From assembly GCA_934621385.1 (NCBI GenBank), contig CAKTUI010000008.1, positions 2,455 to 66,454 on the forward strand: a stretch of 64,000 bases of DNA, given 5' to 3'. Positions 29,363-38,241 of the stretch are shown here, piece after piece. Positions within the stretch are counted from its first letter, which is position 1, and every line of letters begins with the position of its first letter. The position numbers were made by a program, and so were the translations under genes. Under the pieces are notes generated by a model. It was not told the DNA's origin. It made no database searches and saw only the letters and a program-made list of their open reading frames with translations. The DNA comes from an uncultured Kiritimatiellota bacterium (GTDB taxonomy: Bacteria; Verrucomicrobiota; Kiritimatiellia; RFP12; UBA1067).

Positions 29363-30550
29363 TCAGTTGCTCATCTGGACGACGTCATCCGCCATCCAAT
29401 CCATAATCATCCGCTGATAGCGGCTCAGTTCGGAATTGTTCCTAATCTCCTCCGCAGACACCCACGGCGGAAAGGTCTTGCCATTCGGACCCGCACTCCA
29501 CAGGCGGTAGGTCTGGTAGGGCGGCGGCGAGTAGTAGTAGAAGTCGTTGCCCCACCCGTCCTTGCACGTCACGCCGTCCAGTGCATACAGCCGCGAATTG
29601 CCGCCGCTCGACCCGCTCTGGCTGTCCTCGGCCGAATAGAGGACCGGATACGGATTGTCCACGCTGATGTTCCGTCCCTTGCTCGTATCGTCCGTCGCCG
29701 CGAGTTCCACGCCGTAGAGCGTGAACGACTGGCGCTCACATGTGAGCTGACCCTCAAGATTCGCTAACCACCGCGCCGTCACAGCCTGGGACGGCAGGAG
29801 CTCGACCTTCCAGCGGTTCGACTTCTGCGCACCGCTGCTGCTCTCCTGAATCTGCTGATTCAATTCGTCCCAGCTGTTGTAGGGCGTACCGTCGTCGAAC
29901 TTGCTCGGCAACTCGTTGTTGTTGCACCACTGCACGAAGTCCCCGTAGATGCTGCTGTCGTTGTGGCCCATCATCACCAAGTAGCGCGGCAGAAGGTAGC
30001 TCATCAGTCCAAACTGGAAGAGCTGAATCTCCGTCCAGTCCGCCTCGTGCGATTTGCTGTTGAGCAGGCCCGGGTCGTCCAGCGCATTGAAGAGGTAGGC
30101 GAGTGCCGGATTCTTGCCGTAGGCGCTGTCGGGCTCCTGGTTATGCAGGTCGCGCAGGGCCTCCGAGACGCTCCGCACATAGTCATGCATATCGCTCGCG
30201 TACGGGTACTTCATCGCAACCGGCTGACTGCGGCAGGCCGCCTCAATCTGCCTCCACATCTCGTCCGTGTCCCGAAAACTCGTGCCCGGATTCCGGCTCA
30301 CCTGCTGGATGCCGCGCTCGTTCACCGCGTAGAAGGAGTTCCGGCTGCCGTGCAGTTTCACGGGCGGATAACTTCCAATCGCGGCATAATACCCCGAGAT
30401 GCAGTTCTCAAGGCGCTGCATACGCGTAATCGTCCGGTTGCGGGCCTCGGTACTGCTCCCAAGCCCCGCAAGACGGAAGACAATCGACATCAGCGTCACG
30501 ATGACGACCGTGACGACCAGCATCTCGACGAGTGTAAAGGCTTTGCGCAT
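29363..30550 (-). CDS. Large prepilin-type pseudopilin (395 aa)
   Basis: MRKAFTLVEMLVVTVVIVTLMS; C-terminal DGWGNDFYYY...SAGPNGK. Confidence 0.7.
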   Translation of the reverse strand: MRKAFTLVEMLVVTVVIVTLMSIVFRLAGLGSSTEARNRTITRMQRLENCISGYYAAIGSYPPVKLHGSRNSFYAVNERGIQQVSRNPGTSFRDTDEMWRQIEAACRSQPVAMKYPYASDMHDYVRSVSEALRDLHNQEPDSAYGKNPALAYLFNALDDPGLLNSKSHEADWTEIQLFQFGLMSYLLPRYLVMMGHNDSSIYGDFVQWCNNNELPSKFDDGTPYNSWDELNQQIQESSSGAQKSNRWKVELLPSQAVTARWLANLEGQLTCERQSFTLYGVELAATDDTSKGRNISVDNPYPVLYSAEDSQSGSSGGNSRLYALDGVTCKDGWGNDFYYYSPPPYQTYRLWSAGPNGKTFPPWVSAEEIRNNSELSRYQRMIMDWMADDVVQMSN

Positions 30551-31863
30551 CAGGCACCGGCTCCCGAAACGGACGAAATAATCTTGATCATCGGCAAGAA
30601 CATCGCGATAACGATGGTGCCGACGACAAGTGCGAGAACGATGATGAGTGCCGGCTCAATCGCGGCGGTCATGCCAGCGACGGCGTTGTCGACCTCATCG
30701 TCGTATGTGTTCGCAATACGCGTGAGCATATCGGCAAGCGCACCCGTCTCCTCGCCGACCTCGACCATCGATGTCACCATCGGAGGAAAGACTGGGCACT
30801 GCGAGAGCGGCTGTGTCATGCCCTCGCCTTCCTTCACCGCATCATGGACATTCTGGAGGGCCTTCGAAACCACGCGGTTGCCCGTCGTGTCGCGCACGAT
30901 GACGAGCGACTGCAGAATCGGCACGCCCGACGCGAGCAGCGTACCAAGCGTACGCGTCACACGCGAGACCGCCGTGCGCTGCACGAGCGTCCCCGTCACC
31001 GGCATCTTCAACGAGCAAACATCGTAGAAATACGCACCTTTCTCGGTCTTTCCGACAACTTTCTTGATGACCCAGAGCGCGAAGACGAACGCGGCAATCT
31101 GCAGGCCGTTGTGTTGTACGAACTCCGAGGCCTGAATCACCCACTCGGTGATCGCCGGCAACGACGCACCGCCCAACATGTCGTTGAAGACCTGCTTGAA
31201 CTTCGGGATGACCGCCACCAACAAGAAGGCCGTAATGCCGACGGCCGCAATCAGCACGACGATCGGGTAAATCATCGCACCCTTCACCTTGTTCTTGATC
31301 TTCTCGGACTTCTCGGCAAATTCGGCCAGACGCCCAAGCACGACTTCGAGCACACCGCCCGCCTCGCCGGCCTTCACCATGTTCACGTAGAGCTTGTCGA
31401 AAATCTTCGGATACTGCGTCAGCGACTCCGAGAACGTGCCACCGGCCGCAATGTTGTCCGCAATCCCGGTCAGCGCCTCCTGCATCTGCTCGTCCTTCAT
31501 CTGCCGCTTCAGCACCTCGATGCCGCGCATCAGCGGAAGCCCCGCATTGACGAGCGTCGCCAACTGACGCGTGAACTGGGTGAGGACCTTCGTCTTCACG
31601 CGCCCGCGCATCCACTCTGGCGTCTTGATCTTCAGTTCGCGGTTCAGCCCCGAGCCTTTCTTCTTCTCCTTCTTCGCCGGGGCGGCCTTTTTCTTCGCCG
31701 CCTTTGCCGCAGGCGCGGGCGCCGACTTCACCTCGCCAAGCGCCGTCGGGAAAAGACCCTGTGCACGGACGGCCGCAATCGCCGAAGCGCGATCGCCCGC
31801 CTCAACCTGTCCACGGGTCTCGTTGCCCGCAGCGTCCTTCGCAATGTACTGGAATGTCGCCAT
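30550..31863 (-). CDS. gspF: Type II secretion / type IV pilus platform protein GspF/PilC
   Basis: 437 aa with two GspF-type repeats (LATLVNAGLPLMRGIEVL and LGTLLASGVPILQSLVIV). Confidence 0.85.
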   Translation of the reverse strand: MATFQYIAKDAAGNETRGQVEAGDRASAIAAVRAQGLFPTALGEVKSAPAPAAKAAKKKAAPAKKEKKKGSGLNRELKIKTPEWMRGRVKTKVLTQFTRQLATLVNAGLPLMRGIEVLKRQMKDEQMQEALTGIADNIAAGGTFSESLTQYPKIFDKLYVNMVKAGEAGGVLEVVLGRLAEFAEKSEKIKNKVKGAMIYPIVVLIAAVGITAFLLVAVIPKFKQVFNDMLGGASLPAITEWVIQASEFVQHNGLQIAAFVFALWVIKKVVGKTEKGAYFYDVCSLKMPVTGTLVQRTAVSRVTRTLGTLLASGVPILQSLVIVRDTTGNRVVSKALQNVHDAVKEGEGMTQPLSQCPVFPPMVTSMVEVGEETGALADMLTRIANTYDDEVDNAVAGMTAAIEPALIIVLALVVGTIVIAMFLPMIKIISSVSGAGA

Positions 31864-31894
31864 GTACGCAATCCTCTAATCAAGTTTTGAGTGC

Positions 31895-31903
31895 ATTATA
31901 CCA
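31895..31903 (-). promoter_or_regulatory. Extended -10 promoter TGGTATAAT for the gspF-pseudopilin operon
   Basis: Plus-strand attatacca, 32 nt upstream of the ATG at 31863. Confidence 0.45.
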
Positions 31904-31952
31904 CATCGGAGCTGTTTCTCGCAAGAGCCGCGCCCGCCGAACCAACAGCCCG

Positions 31953-31988
31953 AAAAACCGACGGCGCAGCCCGAATTGTGCCGCGCCG
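31953..31988 (-). terminator. Rho-independent terminator after panD
   Basis: The minus strand reads CGGCGCGGC-acaattcgg-GCTGCGCCG-tcgg-TTTTT. Confidence 0.5.
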
Positions 31989-32002
31989 CCCATCTGGACC
32001 AA

Positions 32003-32329
32003 TCAGAAATGGAGCACCTTCGGCACGTAGCCGTTCGCCTCGTCGGGCGTCATCTGGGCGAAAGCCATCACAATCAGCCGGTCACCGACCTTGCCCTTGT
32101 GCGCGGCGGCCCCGTTCAGGCAGCACACGTGCGACCCACGCTTGCCCGTAATCGCATACGTCTCGAAACGGTTGCCGTTCTCGACATCCGCCACAAGAAT
32201 CTTCTCGTAGGGCACGAGACCAACGGCTTCCATGTCATCCGGATCGAGCGTCAGCGAACCCTCATAGTCAAGACACGCCTCCGTGACGCGAATGCGGTGC
32301 AACTTTGCCTTCAAAATCTGAATCAACAT
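32003..32329 (-). CDS. panD: Aspartate 1-decarboxylase
   Basis: MLIQILKAKLHRIRVTEACLDYEGSLTLDPDDMEAVGL..., including the GS self-cleavage site context. The tracked 272-aa ORF is an upstream artefactual extension. Confidence 0.85.
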   Translation of the reverse strand: MLIQILKAKLHRIRVTEACLDYEGSLTLDPDDMEAVGLVPYEKILVADVENGNRFETYAITGKRGSHVCCLNGAAAHKGKVGDRLIVMAFAQMTPDEANGYVPKVLHF

Positions 32330-32359
32330 CTTTTTATCGTCCTTGTATGGGGAGCGACT

Positions 32360-32368
32360 ATTATACCA
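32360..32368 (-). promoter_or_regulatory. Extended -10 promoter TGGTATAAT for panD
   Basis: Plus-strand attatacca, 31 nt upstream of the ATG at 32329. Confidence 0.45.
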
Positions 32369-32643
32369 TAAAGCGCAAGTTCGGGGGCTTGCGCGGCAGA
32401 TTGAACTGCCGCGCCTGCACCATCTGAACGCCTGCGCGGCATTCGAGCCGCTGCGCGTGAGAAGACTCTCCCGTGCGCATCCCAGCCATCCGTCGTGCGC
32501 ACCACAAAACGCCGCGATGCGCATGGCATCGCTCAATCTGCCGCAACACGGCTTCCCGTGACTTCTGTGATTCAATGCCCCATCCCTTTGCCGTTTTGCC
32601 GCGACAGCCGTCCAACAGGCGCACAAACACCGTGAGCCGATTT

Positions 32644-32652
32644 TGGTATAAT
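32644..32652 (+). promoter_or_regulatory. Extended -10 promoter TGGTATAAT, 8 nt before the ATG at 32661 (leaderless candidate)
   Basis: tggtataat acgccccc ATG. Confidence 0.45.
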
Positions 32653-32660
32653 ACGCCCCC

Positions 32661-34367
32661 ATGAGACGCAAAGGACAACAGGTCATCTCCGCATGGGTCG
32701 GGCTCTTCTCGGCCTTCGCGGCACTTGCGTCCGTCTCAATCGAAAATGCGGGGACACTGCAATCTGCCGCGCTCCCGGCGTTTGCCGATATGAGTGGCGT
32801 TTCCTGGTGCGGTTCGACCAACGCCTCCTTCTATGTCGTGCGGGATGGTGGGGCCGTCGTCTCAAACGGATGCTACCTCCACCGCATGAGCGTCGAGCTG
32901 GACAATCGTGGTCGCATGACGACACCACCCAAACTGAGCGAGGGCATTCTCCTCCACGGAGCGCACGACGCAGAAGGCATTGCCCGCGATCCGCTGACCG
33001 GCACCATCTGGATTTCCGACGAATACGATACCTCCATCCGCGAATACGACCCCGAAACAGGCAGGCAGACGGGGAATGATGTCGAAATCCCCGCCTTCGT
33101 CGTCAAGGGAACACGCAGCAACCTCTCCCTCGAATCGCTCACCATCTCCCCCGATGGGCGGACGATGTGGACGGCCAACGAGGAAGCACTGATAGACGAC
33201 GGCGCGACGGCCGTCGCAAGTGCAACCGGGACGGTCGTCCGCCTCATCCGGTTCACCCGACTTGATGCATTCGACCCGTGGAAACTCTCGGGCATGTGGG
33301 CCTACCGCTGCGACCCCGTCGGCAAAAGTCACCCCGTGAACAGCGGCGTTTCGGATCTCTGCGCCCTTCCCGATGGCTCGCTCCTCGTCCTCGAACGTGA
33401 ATGCTCATACGAGACGCTCGGGCTGACGCACATCTACCGTCCAAGCCTTGCGGGTGCAACGGATGTGAGCGACAGGGCCTCCCTCACCAACGCGACCTAC
33501 ACGGCCGTCTCAAAAGGCGAACCCCTCTACACGGCACGGGACGGCCGATTCTTCAAGGAGGGCCTGACCTCCATCGCCATCTCCTGCTACGAGGGACTTG
33601 GACTCGGCCCGCGCAACCCGGATGGAACCTACAACCTGATGATGGTCTCCGACGGCGGAGCCATCGCCAACAAGCGCTGGATGTTCCTCTCGGCCACCGC
33701 CAAGACGCAGGCGTTCATCCGCGCCCTCCGACTCTATGGACTGGATGACGACGGCTCCTTCAGCGTCCTCGCGCCCCAGAGAACGCTCGCCCAGTCCGAG
33801 AAAACCCAAACCCCGTCCTGGCGAATCGGCCTCGGCGGCTTCGGGCGCGGGGGCATCCGCACGGACATGAACACCTTCGGCAAGAACAACCGCGCCGACC
33901 ACTATGGAATTGAAATGGACGTTCAGCGCAACCTCCTCCAGTCGGACAAGTATGACCTCTGGCTGGGACTTGGCGGGGCGTACGGGCCGCGGCAGGGCGG
34001 TGCATTCGCCGGAAATGCCGCGAAACTCAGCACGGGCGAGTTCCGTCTCATGACGATTCCCCAGCGCTACCTGACGGACGACTTCGCCCTTGGGTTGCGC
34101 CTCGGGGCAAGTTTCAACTGGCTCAACGTCAAGTCCTCCACAGCGCAGGCAACCGCATTTCAGGATGCCTCAAAATCCGATACGCAATTTGCCGCGCAGG
34201 CGATTCTCGGTGTGCAGGCGACCTACATGCTAAACGATCGCGTCGGACTCTACGGGAATTTCGACTGGCGGCTCGGTGACGAGGCCTCATTCAACACTCG
34301 CGCCGGGGAAAGCACCGTGGACATGAGCGGGTGGCTCTGGAGCACGGGCGCAATCCTGACATTCTAA
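32661..34367 (+). CDS. Phytase-like esterase domain protein with a C-terminal outer-membrane beta-barrel
   Basis: The N-terminal ~370 aa resemble the 'esterase-like activity of phytase' family (from memory). The C-terminal ~190 aa alternate hydrophobic and polar residues and end in ...GAILTF. Confidence 0.55.
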   Translation: MRRKGQQVISAWVGLFSAFAALASVSIENAGTLQSAALPAFADMSGVSWCGSTNASFYVVRDGGAVVSNGCYLHRMSVELDNRGRMTTPPKLSEGILLHGAHDAEGIARDPLTGTIWISDEYDTSIREYDPETGRQTGNDVEIPAFVVKGTRSNLSLESLTISPDGRTMWTANEEALIDDGATAVASATGTVVRLIRFTRLDAFDPWKLSGMWAYRCDPVGKSHPVNSGVSDLCALPDGSLLVLERECSYETLGLTHIYRPSLAGATDVSDRASLTNATYTAVSKGEPLYTARDGRFFKEGLTSIAISCYEGLGLGPRNPDGTYNLMMVSDGGAIANKRWMFLSATAKTQAFIRALRLYGLDDDGSFSVLAPQRTLAQSEKTQTPSWRIGLGGFGRGGIRTDMNTFGKNNRADHYGIEMDVQRNLLQSDKYDLWLGLGGAYGPRQGGAFAGNAAKLSTGEFRLMTIPQRYLTDDFALGLRLGASFNWLNVKSSTAQATAFQDASKSDTQFAAQAILGVQATYMLNDRVGLYGNFDWRLGDEASFNTRAGESTVDMSGWLWSTGAILTF

Positions 34368-34419
34368 CAAGAGTCGTGCGCCCGCGTCGCGTAAGGGGGA
34401 AAACGACGAACGCCGCGCT

Positions 34420-35283
34420 TTAGCGGGCGAGGAGGTTGAGCAGGCTCACGACCAGCCGCCCCGTCGTCAGAAAGGAGTCGACCGACAGCTTGTCCACCGT
34501 GTCCTGCGGCGTATGCCAGTAGTCGTTCCGCCCCGGCGCACTGCCATACTCGAAGTCGATGAGATCGATGGCACTGAAGCCCACATCCATAAAGGCGACA
34601 TGGTCATCCTGGACGACCTCGGGAACGCGCACGACCTTCCCTTCGGGGAGACCGGCCCGCCGCGCCGCATGCAGGGCGATTCTCGCCAGCGTCTCGCTTC
34701 CGTTCGAGGGAATCGTAATCCGCAAGTCCCTGTCGCCCAGCATATCGAGGCAGATGACAGCCCGCACATCCAGCCCCTGCTCCTTGAAGGTGGCCGCCAT
34801 GCGCCGCGAACCCCAGAACCCATCGTCCGCACCGTAGGAAACCATGCTTTCTTCGCCATCCGTCCACGCCAGCATCACATTTGCGGACGGGGCCTGTCGG
34901 TTCGTCAGCAAATCGGCCAGGGTAATCAGAAGCCCCGTCGTCGAAGCCCCGTCATTCGCCCCCGGACACGAAACGCCGCTCTTCGTGTCAAAATGCGAAA
35001 CAATGACAGTCCACGGCTCACCCGGCTTCACGAGAAAGCCGCACATCAAGTTCGTGAACGTGCGCTCACCACGCGGCGTCATGGCCGTGAACCGATCGCG
35101 GCGGATGTCCGCCCCGAAAAGGCTGACGCGGTCAAGAATCCAGTTCGAGGCCAATCTGCCGCGAATCGTCCCCGCGTCACGCGGCGTACACTCCTCGACA
35201 AACGCGGCAGTCTGTTCAAGGGCATTGGTGGCATCGTGCGGCGAAAAGACAAGCGCCGCCGCCAAAAAGGGCAGAATCATCAT
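34420..35283 (-). CDS. M28-family metallopeptidase
   Basis: 287 aa with signal peptide. SHFDTK, GANDGASTTG and DGEE motifs are typical of M28 aminopeptidase or glutaminyl-cyclase-like enzymes. Confidence 0.7.
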   Translation of the reverse strand: MMILPFLAAALVFSPHDATNALEQTAAFVEECTPRDAGTIRGRLASNWILDRVSLFGADIRRDRFTAMTPRGERTFTNLMCGFLVKPGEPWTVIVSHFDTKSGVSCPGANDGASTTGLLITLADLLTNRQAPSANVMLAWTDGEESMVSYGADDGFWGSRRMAATFKEQGLDVRAVICLDMLGDRDLRITIPSNGSETLARIALHAARRAGLPEGKVVRVPEVVQDDHVAFMDVGFSAIDLIDFEYGSAPGRNDYWHTPQDTVDKLSVDSFLTTGRLVVSLLNLLAR

Positions 35284-35287
35284 AAAA

Positions 35288-36262
35288 TTAGTCGACCTTC
35301 AGACCAATCATGGAAATAACCCGGTCAAGGTCGTCATTGTCAAAGAAATCAATCTCAAGAACGCCCTTCGTGTGCTTGCCATTGGCATGGGTCACGCCGC
35401 TCGTCAGACGGACGGCACACCCAAGATGCTTCTTGAGCTTATCCGTCAGGCTACGAACATAGCCCTCGGGAAGGTCGGGCGTACCAGAGTGGACGACCGA
35501 CACCGGCTTGTGGAGCCGGTCGACCTTCTTCTCCAAGGCCCGAACCGTCAGTTGGTCGTTCACGCAGTCCCGCGCCAAGAGGACACGATCCTTCTCGTCA
35601 TCGACTGACAGCAGGACTTTCGCGTGCCCAACCGACAGCAATTTCGTCTGAATCAGGGCCTTAACCTCGTCGGGCAACTCAAGTAGACGCGTCGCATTCG
35701 CCACCGTCGCACGGCCCTTGCCGACTCGGTCGGCGACCTCCTGCTGCGTCAGATTGAACCGCTCCTGAAGCGTCCGATAACTGACAGCCTCCTCAATCGG
35801 GTTCAGATCCTCGCGCTGAAGGTTCTCAGTCGTCGTCATGGCGGCGGCCGTCAGGTCGTCCGCCTCAATCAGCGTGACGCGAATCTTCGTCCAGCCAATC
35901 AGCTGGGCGGCACGAAGACGGCGCTCACCGGCGATCAGCTCATAGCGCCCCGCCGCATTCTTGCGGACGGTCGGCGGCTGTACAAGACCGTTGTTCTTGA
36001 GCGATTCGCCAAGTTCGCGAAGCTCCTCCTCCTTAAAGTCGCGGCGCGGCTGATAGGGACTGCGCTCAATGTCGGCAATCTTCAGCTCAAGCGGCGCACC
36101 GGCCGAAATCGCCGGCACGGGCAACGGCGCAACGGGAACACGCGAACCGCCGGACGCAAGAAGTCCGTCCAGCCCACGGCCAAGACCGTGCTTCTTCTCA
36201 ACGCGCACGGGGGCCTTGGAGGTCCCCGTCGCTTTCTTCAGGAATGGATTCGGCTTCGCCAC
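35288..36262 (-). CDS. parB: ParB/Spo0J chromosome partitioning protein
   Basis: GLGRGLDGLL, YQPRRDF, ELIAGERRLRAA, and an HTH region. No parA is adjacent. Confidence 0.85.
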   Translation of the reverse strand: MAKPNPFLKKATGTSKAPVRVEKKHGLGRGLDGLLASGGSRVPVAPLPVPAISAGAPLELKIADIERSPYQPRRDFKEEELRELGESLKNNGLVQPPTVRKNAAGRYELIAGERRLRAAQLIGWTKIRVTLIEADDLTAAAMTTTENLQREDLNPIEEAVSYRTLQERFNLTQQEVADRVGKGRATVANATRLLELPDEVKALIQTKLLSVGHAKVLLSVDDEKDRVLLARDCVNDQLTVRALEKKVDRLHKPVSVVHSGTPDLPEGYVRSLTDKLKKHLGCAVRLTSGVTHANGKHTKGVLEIDFFDNDDLDRVISMIGLKVD

Positions 36263-36270
36263 CGCAGGTA

Positions 36271-36984
36271 TTAGAAATAGGCGTTGACGATCGGGAGGAC
36301 CTTCAGCTGGTTATCCATGATGATGTTCACGATACCAATCTGGAAGCCCCACGGGCAACGTTCGGCAAAGTTCACGATGCCGATCTGGCAGCCGTGCAGT
36401 TCGTTGGCCATGTTGAAGATACCCGCCAGCTGGCAGCCGTAGGCAACCTCGGCAATGTTCACGCCGATTGCGCCCTGGAAACCATAGAGCTGCTTCTTCG
36501 TAATGTTCACGAGGCCCGACATCTGCCAGCCCCACAGCTCGTCCTGGAAGCTGCCGAGGAACTCAAGGTCAAGACCCCAGAAGTTCTTGCGGTAACCGAA
36601 ACCGCCCGCCTCAACGCCATAGACCGTGCCCTGGCTGATGTTCGCACCCAGCGTCAGGCGCATACCATAGACATCCTCGTCCATCGCGTAGTTGAAGAGA
36701 CCCGCGACCTGGAGGCCCGCCATCGTGTCACGCGTCGTCATGCCAAGCCCGCCAATTCCGAGACCGTACATCAGGGGCGCATCGGAATAAAACAGGTTGA
36801 GATCAAGGCCAAAGACATCCCACTTCGCAAGGCCCCACGGAAGCTGCACCGGCGAAGCCAAGCCGAACGCAACGGGAGTCCAGCCAATGGCGCCCGACTC
36901 TTCTTCTTCCGCCTCCTCTGCGAACGCAGGAACCGCCGCCGCAAGCGCAAACGCCGCGATACCGACCTTAATCAAACGATTCAT
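36271..36984 (-). CDS. Secreted repeat protein (G-x-Q-x-G-x-x-N type repeats)
   Basis: Signal peptide MNRLIKVGIAAFALAAAVPAFA. Repeated motifs GLQVAGLFN, GWQMSGLVN, GCQLAGIFN, GCQIGIVN and GFQIGIVN. Ends in ...NAYF. Confidence 0.6.
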   Translation of the reverse strand: MNRLIKVGIAAFALAAAVPAFAEEAEEEESGAIGWTPVAFGLASPVQLPWGLAKWDVFGLDLNLFYSDAPLMYGLGIGGLGMTTRDTMAGLQVAGLFNYAMDEDVYGMRLTLGANISQGTVYGVEAGGFGYRKNFWGLDLEFLGSFQDELWGWQMSGLVNITKKQLYGFQGAIGVNIAEVAYGCQLAGIFNMANELHGCQIGIVNFAERCPWGFQIGIVNIIMDNQLKVLPIVNAYF

Positions 36985-37238
36985 TTTATCTAATCTCCTT
37001 TTACTAGGTGAAATCTTGCACGTATTTTACTCTATTTGGGGCGCTCGTGTCAATGTGGAACCAGAAAATACTCACAGAAAAGTGCAAGGGCCGGAAAACA
37101 CGGTCAACAGGCAACCACGCACCCTCCCATCCCCCCACGACACCGTCCCCCATCCGAAGAAATAAGCCGCCCCACAATTGTCGTCATAAAGACAATTATG
37201 ATGTAATATCCGCATCTTCTGCTCTTATAAGAACAGTG

Positions 37239-37541
37239 ATGCTGTACCTGACACGACAAGAAATACTGCACACGCTTGGCGCGAGCATACGCTCGGCGCG
37301 ACTGGCGGACAACCTCTCACTTGAGACATTGGCCGCACGAAGTGGCATCTCGGTCTCGGCTCTTCGAAATCTTGAGAATGGGAAGAACGCCTCGACCGTG
37401 ACGCTTCTGGAGGTCTGCCGCACCCTGCGTCGGACGGACTGGATTCTCAACATCGCGCCACCGGAAATAAATGACGCGCTCTTCGACCGCGCTGAACCGA
37501 AGAAACGCCTCCGCGCCTCACCAAGGAGAAAAACGCCATGA
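37239..37541 (+). CDS. XRE-family HTH protein (HipB-like antitoxin)
   Basis: LSLETLAARSGISVSALRNLENGKNASTVTLLEVCRTL is an XRE helix-turn-helix. ATGA overlap with a hipA-like start. The tracked 177-aa ORF is an upstream extension. Confidence 0.7.
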   Translation: MLYLTRQEILHTLGASIRSARLADNLSLETLAARSGISVSALRNLENGKNASTVTLLEVCRTLRRTDWILNIAPPEINDALFDRAEPKKRLRASPRRKTP

Positions 37542-37597
37542 CAAGTTTCCGCCATGTCACCCGCATCAACGTGTCCCTCTGGGGAAATCGTGTGTAA
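37538..37597 (+). pseudogene. 19-codon stub of a HipA-like toxin gene
   Basis: MTSFRHVTRINVSLWGNRV* resembles the first strand of HipA N-terminal domains (..L.V.L.G..VG). It is translationally coupled to the HTH gene and is cut off 6 nt from a convergent AT-rich ORF. Confidence 0.5.
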
Positions 37598-37603
37598 CGC
37601 GCC

Positions 37604-38149
37604 TTACCAATCCCACCTTTTTGGCCGCGCCCATTTCTCTCTAGGGGCATAACGCGCCGCATGGGGCAAGGCAATCCCGCCAAGGAGGTTGTTCAATTCC
37701 ACAAGTTCAATCGCATCCGGTTCTGCTCCATAACCGCACAGAGACTGATGCGACAGTGCAAATGCCGTAGCTAATACATGAAACATTTTATCATCAATGC
37801 TTAGGCGATCGTGCGCAACCAGTTCGGAGACCGTCATGACTTGCGAGAACCTATATTTGCAATTCTTGTTTGCACTTTCAACGGGCAGTCTTAAGCGATG
37901 GAAAATACTTCCACCACCAGAATAACAAATCGGTCTACCATCTAGTATCTGTTCACACAAGTTCATAAACGGCATAACGCGTATCAAGTCTTGATTCTCA
38001 TATTGCCCTCTCAGAATAGACATAAGATTATCAGCGTCCCCAAATGAGAAATGGAAAAGGGCACTGCGGCGGAAGTTGATTCCGTCGGCACAAAAGCCTT
38101 GATTTGAACGCGGACTGTTACTGGGGGGGGGGGGGTATTTTTTGCACAC
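37604..38149 (-). CDS. Hypothetical protein (181 codons as tracked); 5' end runs through a C13 tract
   Basis: A long ORF in an AT-rich segment with no recognised motifs. The tracked start is a GTG immediately before the homopolymer, so the true start and frame are uncertain. Confidence 0.4.
   Translation of the reverse strand: MCKKYPPPPSNSPRSNQGFCADGINFRRSALFHFSFGDADNLMSILRGQYENQDLIRVMPFMNLCEQILDGRPICYSGGGSIFHRLRLPVESANKNCKYRFSQVMTVSELVAHDRLSIDDKMFHVLATAFALSHQSLCGYGAEPDAIELVELNNLLGGIALPHAARYAPREKWARPKRWDW
38123..38135. repeat. Homopolymer G13 (C13 on the coding strand)
   Basis: Counted directly from the sequence. Confidence 0.95.
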
Positions 38150-38232
38150 AAGCCCGCCAACGCAAGATTTTGCGCCGCTACGCCCTCAACTGGACAAGCC
38201 ACAACTAAGCCCGACCCCACATCTCGTCCAAT

Positions 38233-38241
38233 AGTTTACCA
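38233..38241 (-). promoter_or_regulatory. Extended -10-like element TGGTAAACT inside R1
   Basis: Plus-strand agtttacca, conserved in R2. It parallels the TGGTATAAT promoters elsewhere in the window. Confidence 0.35.
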
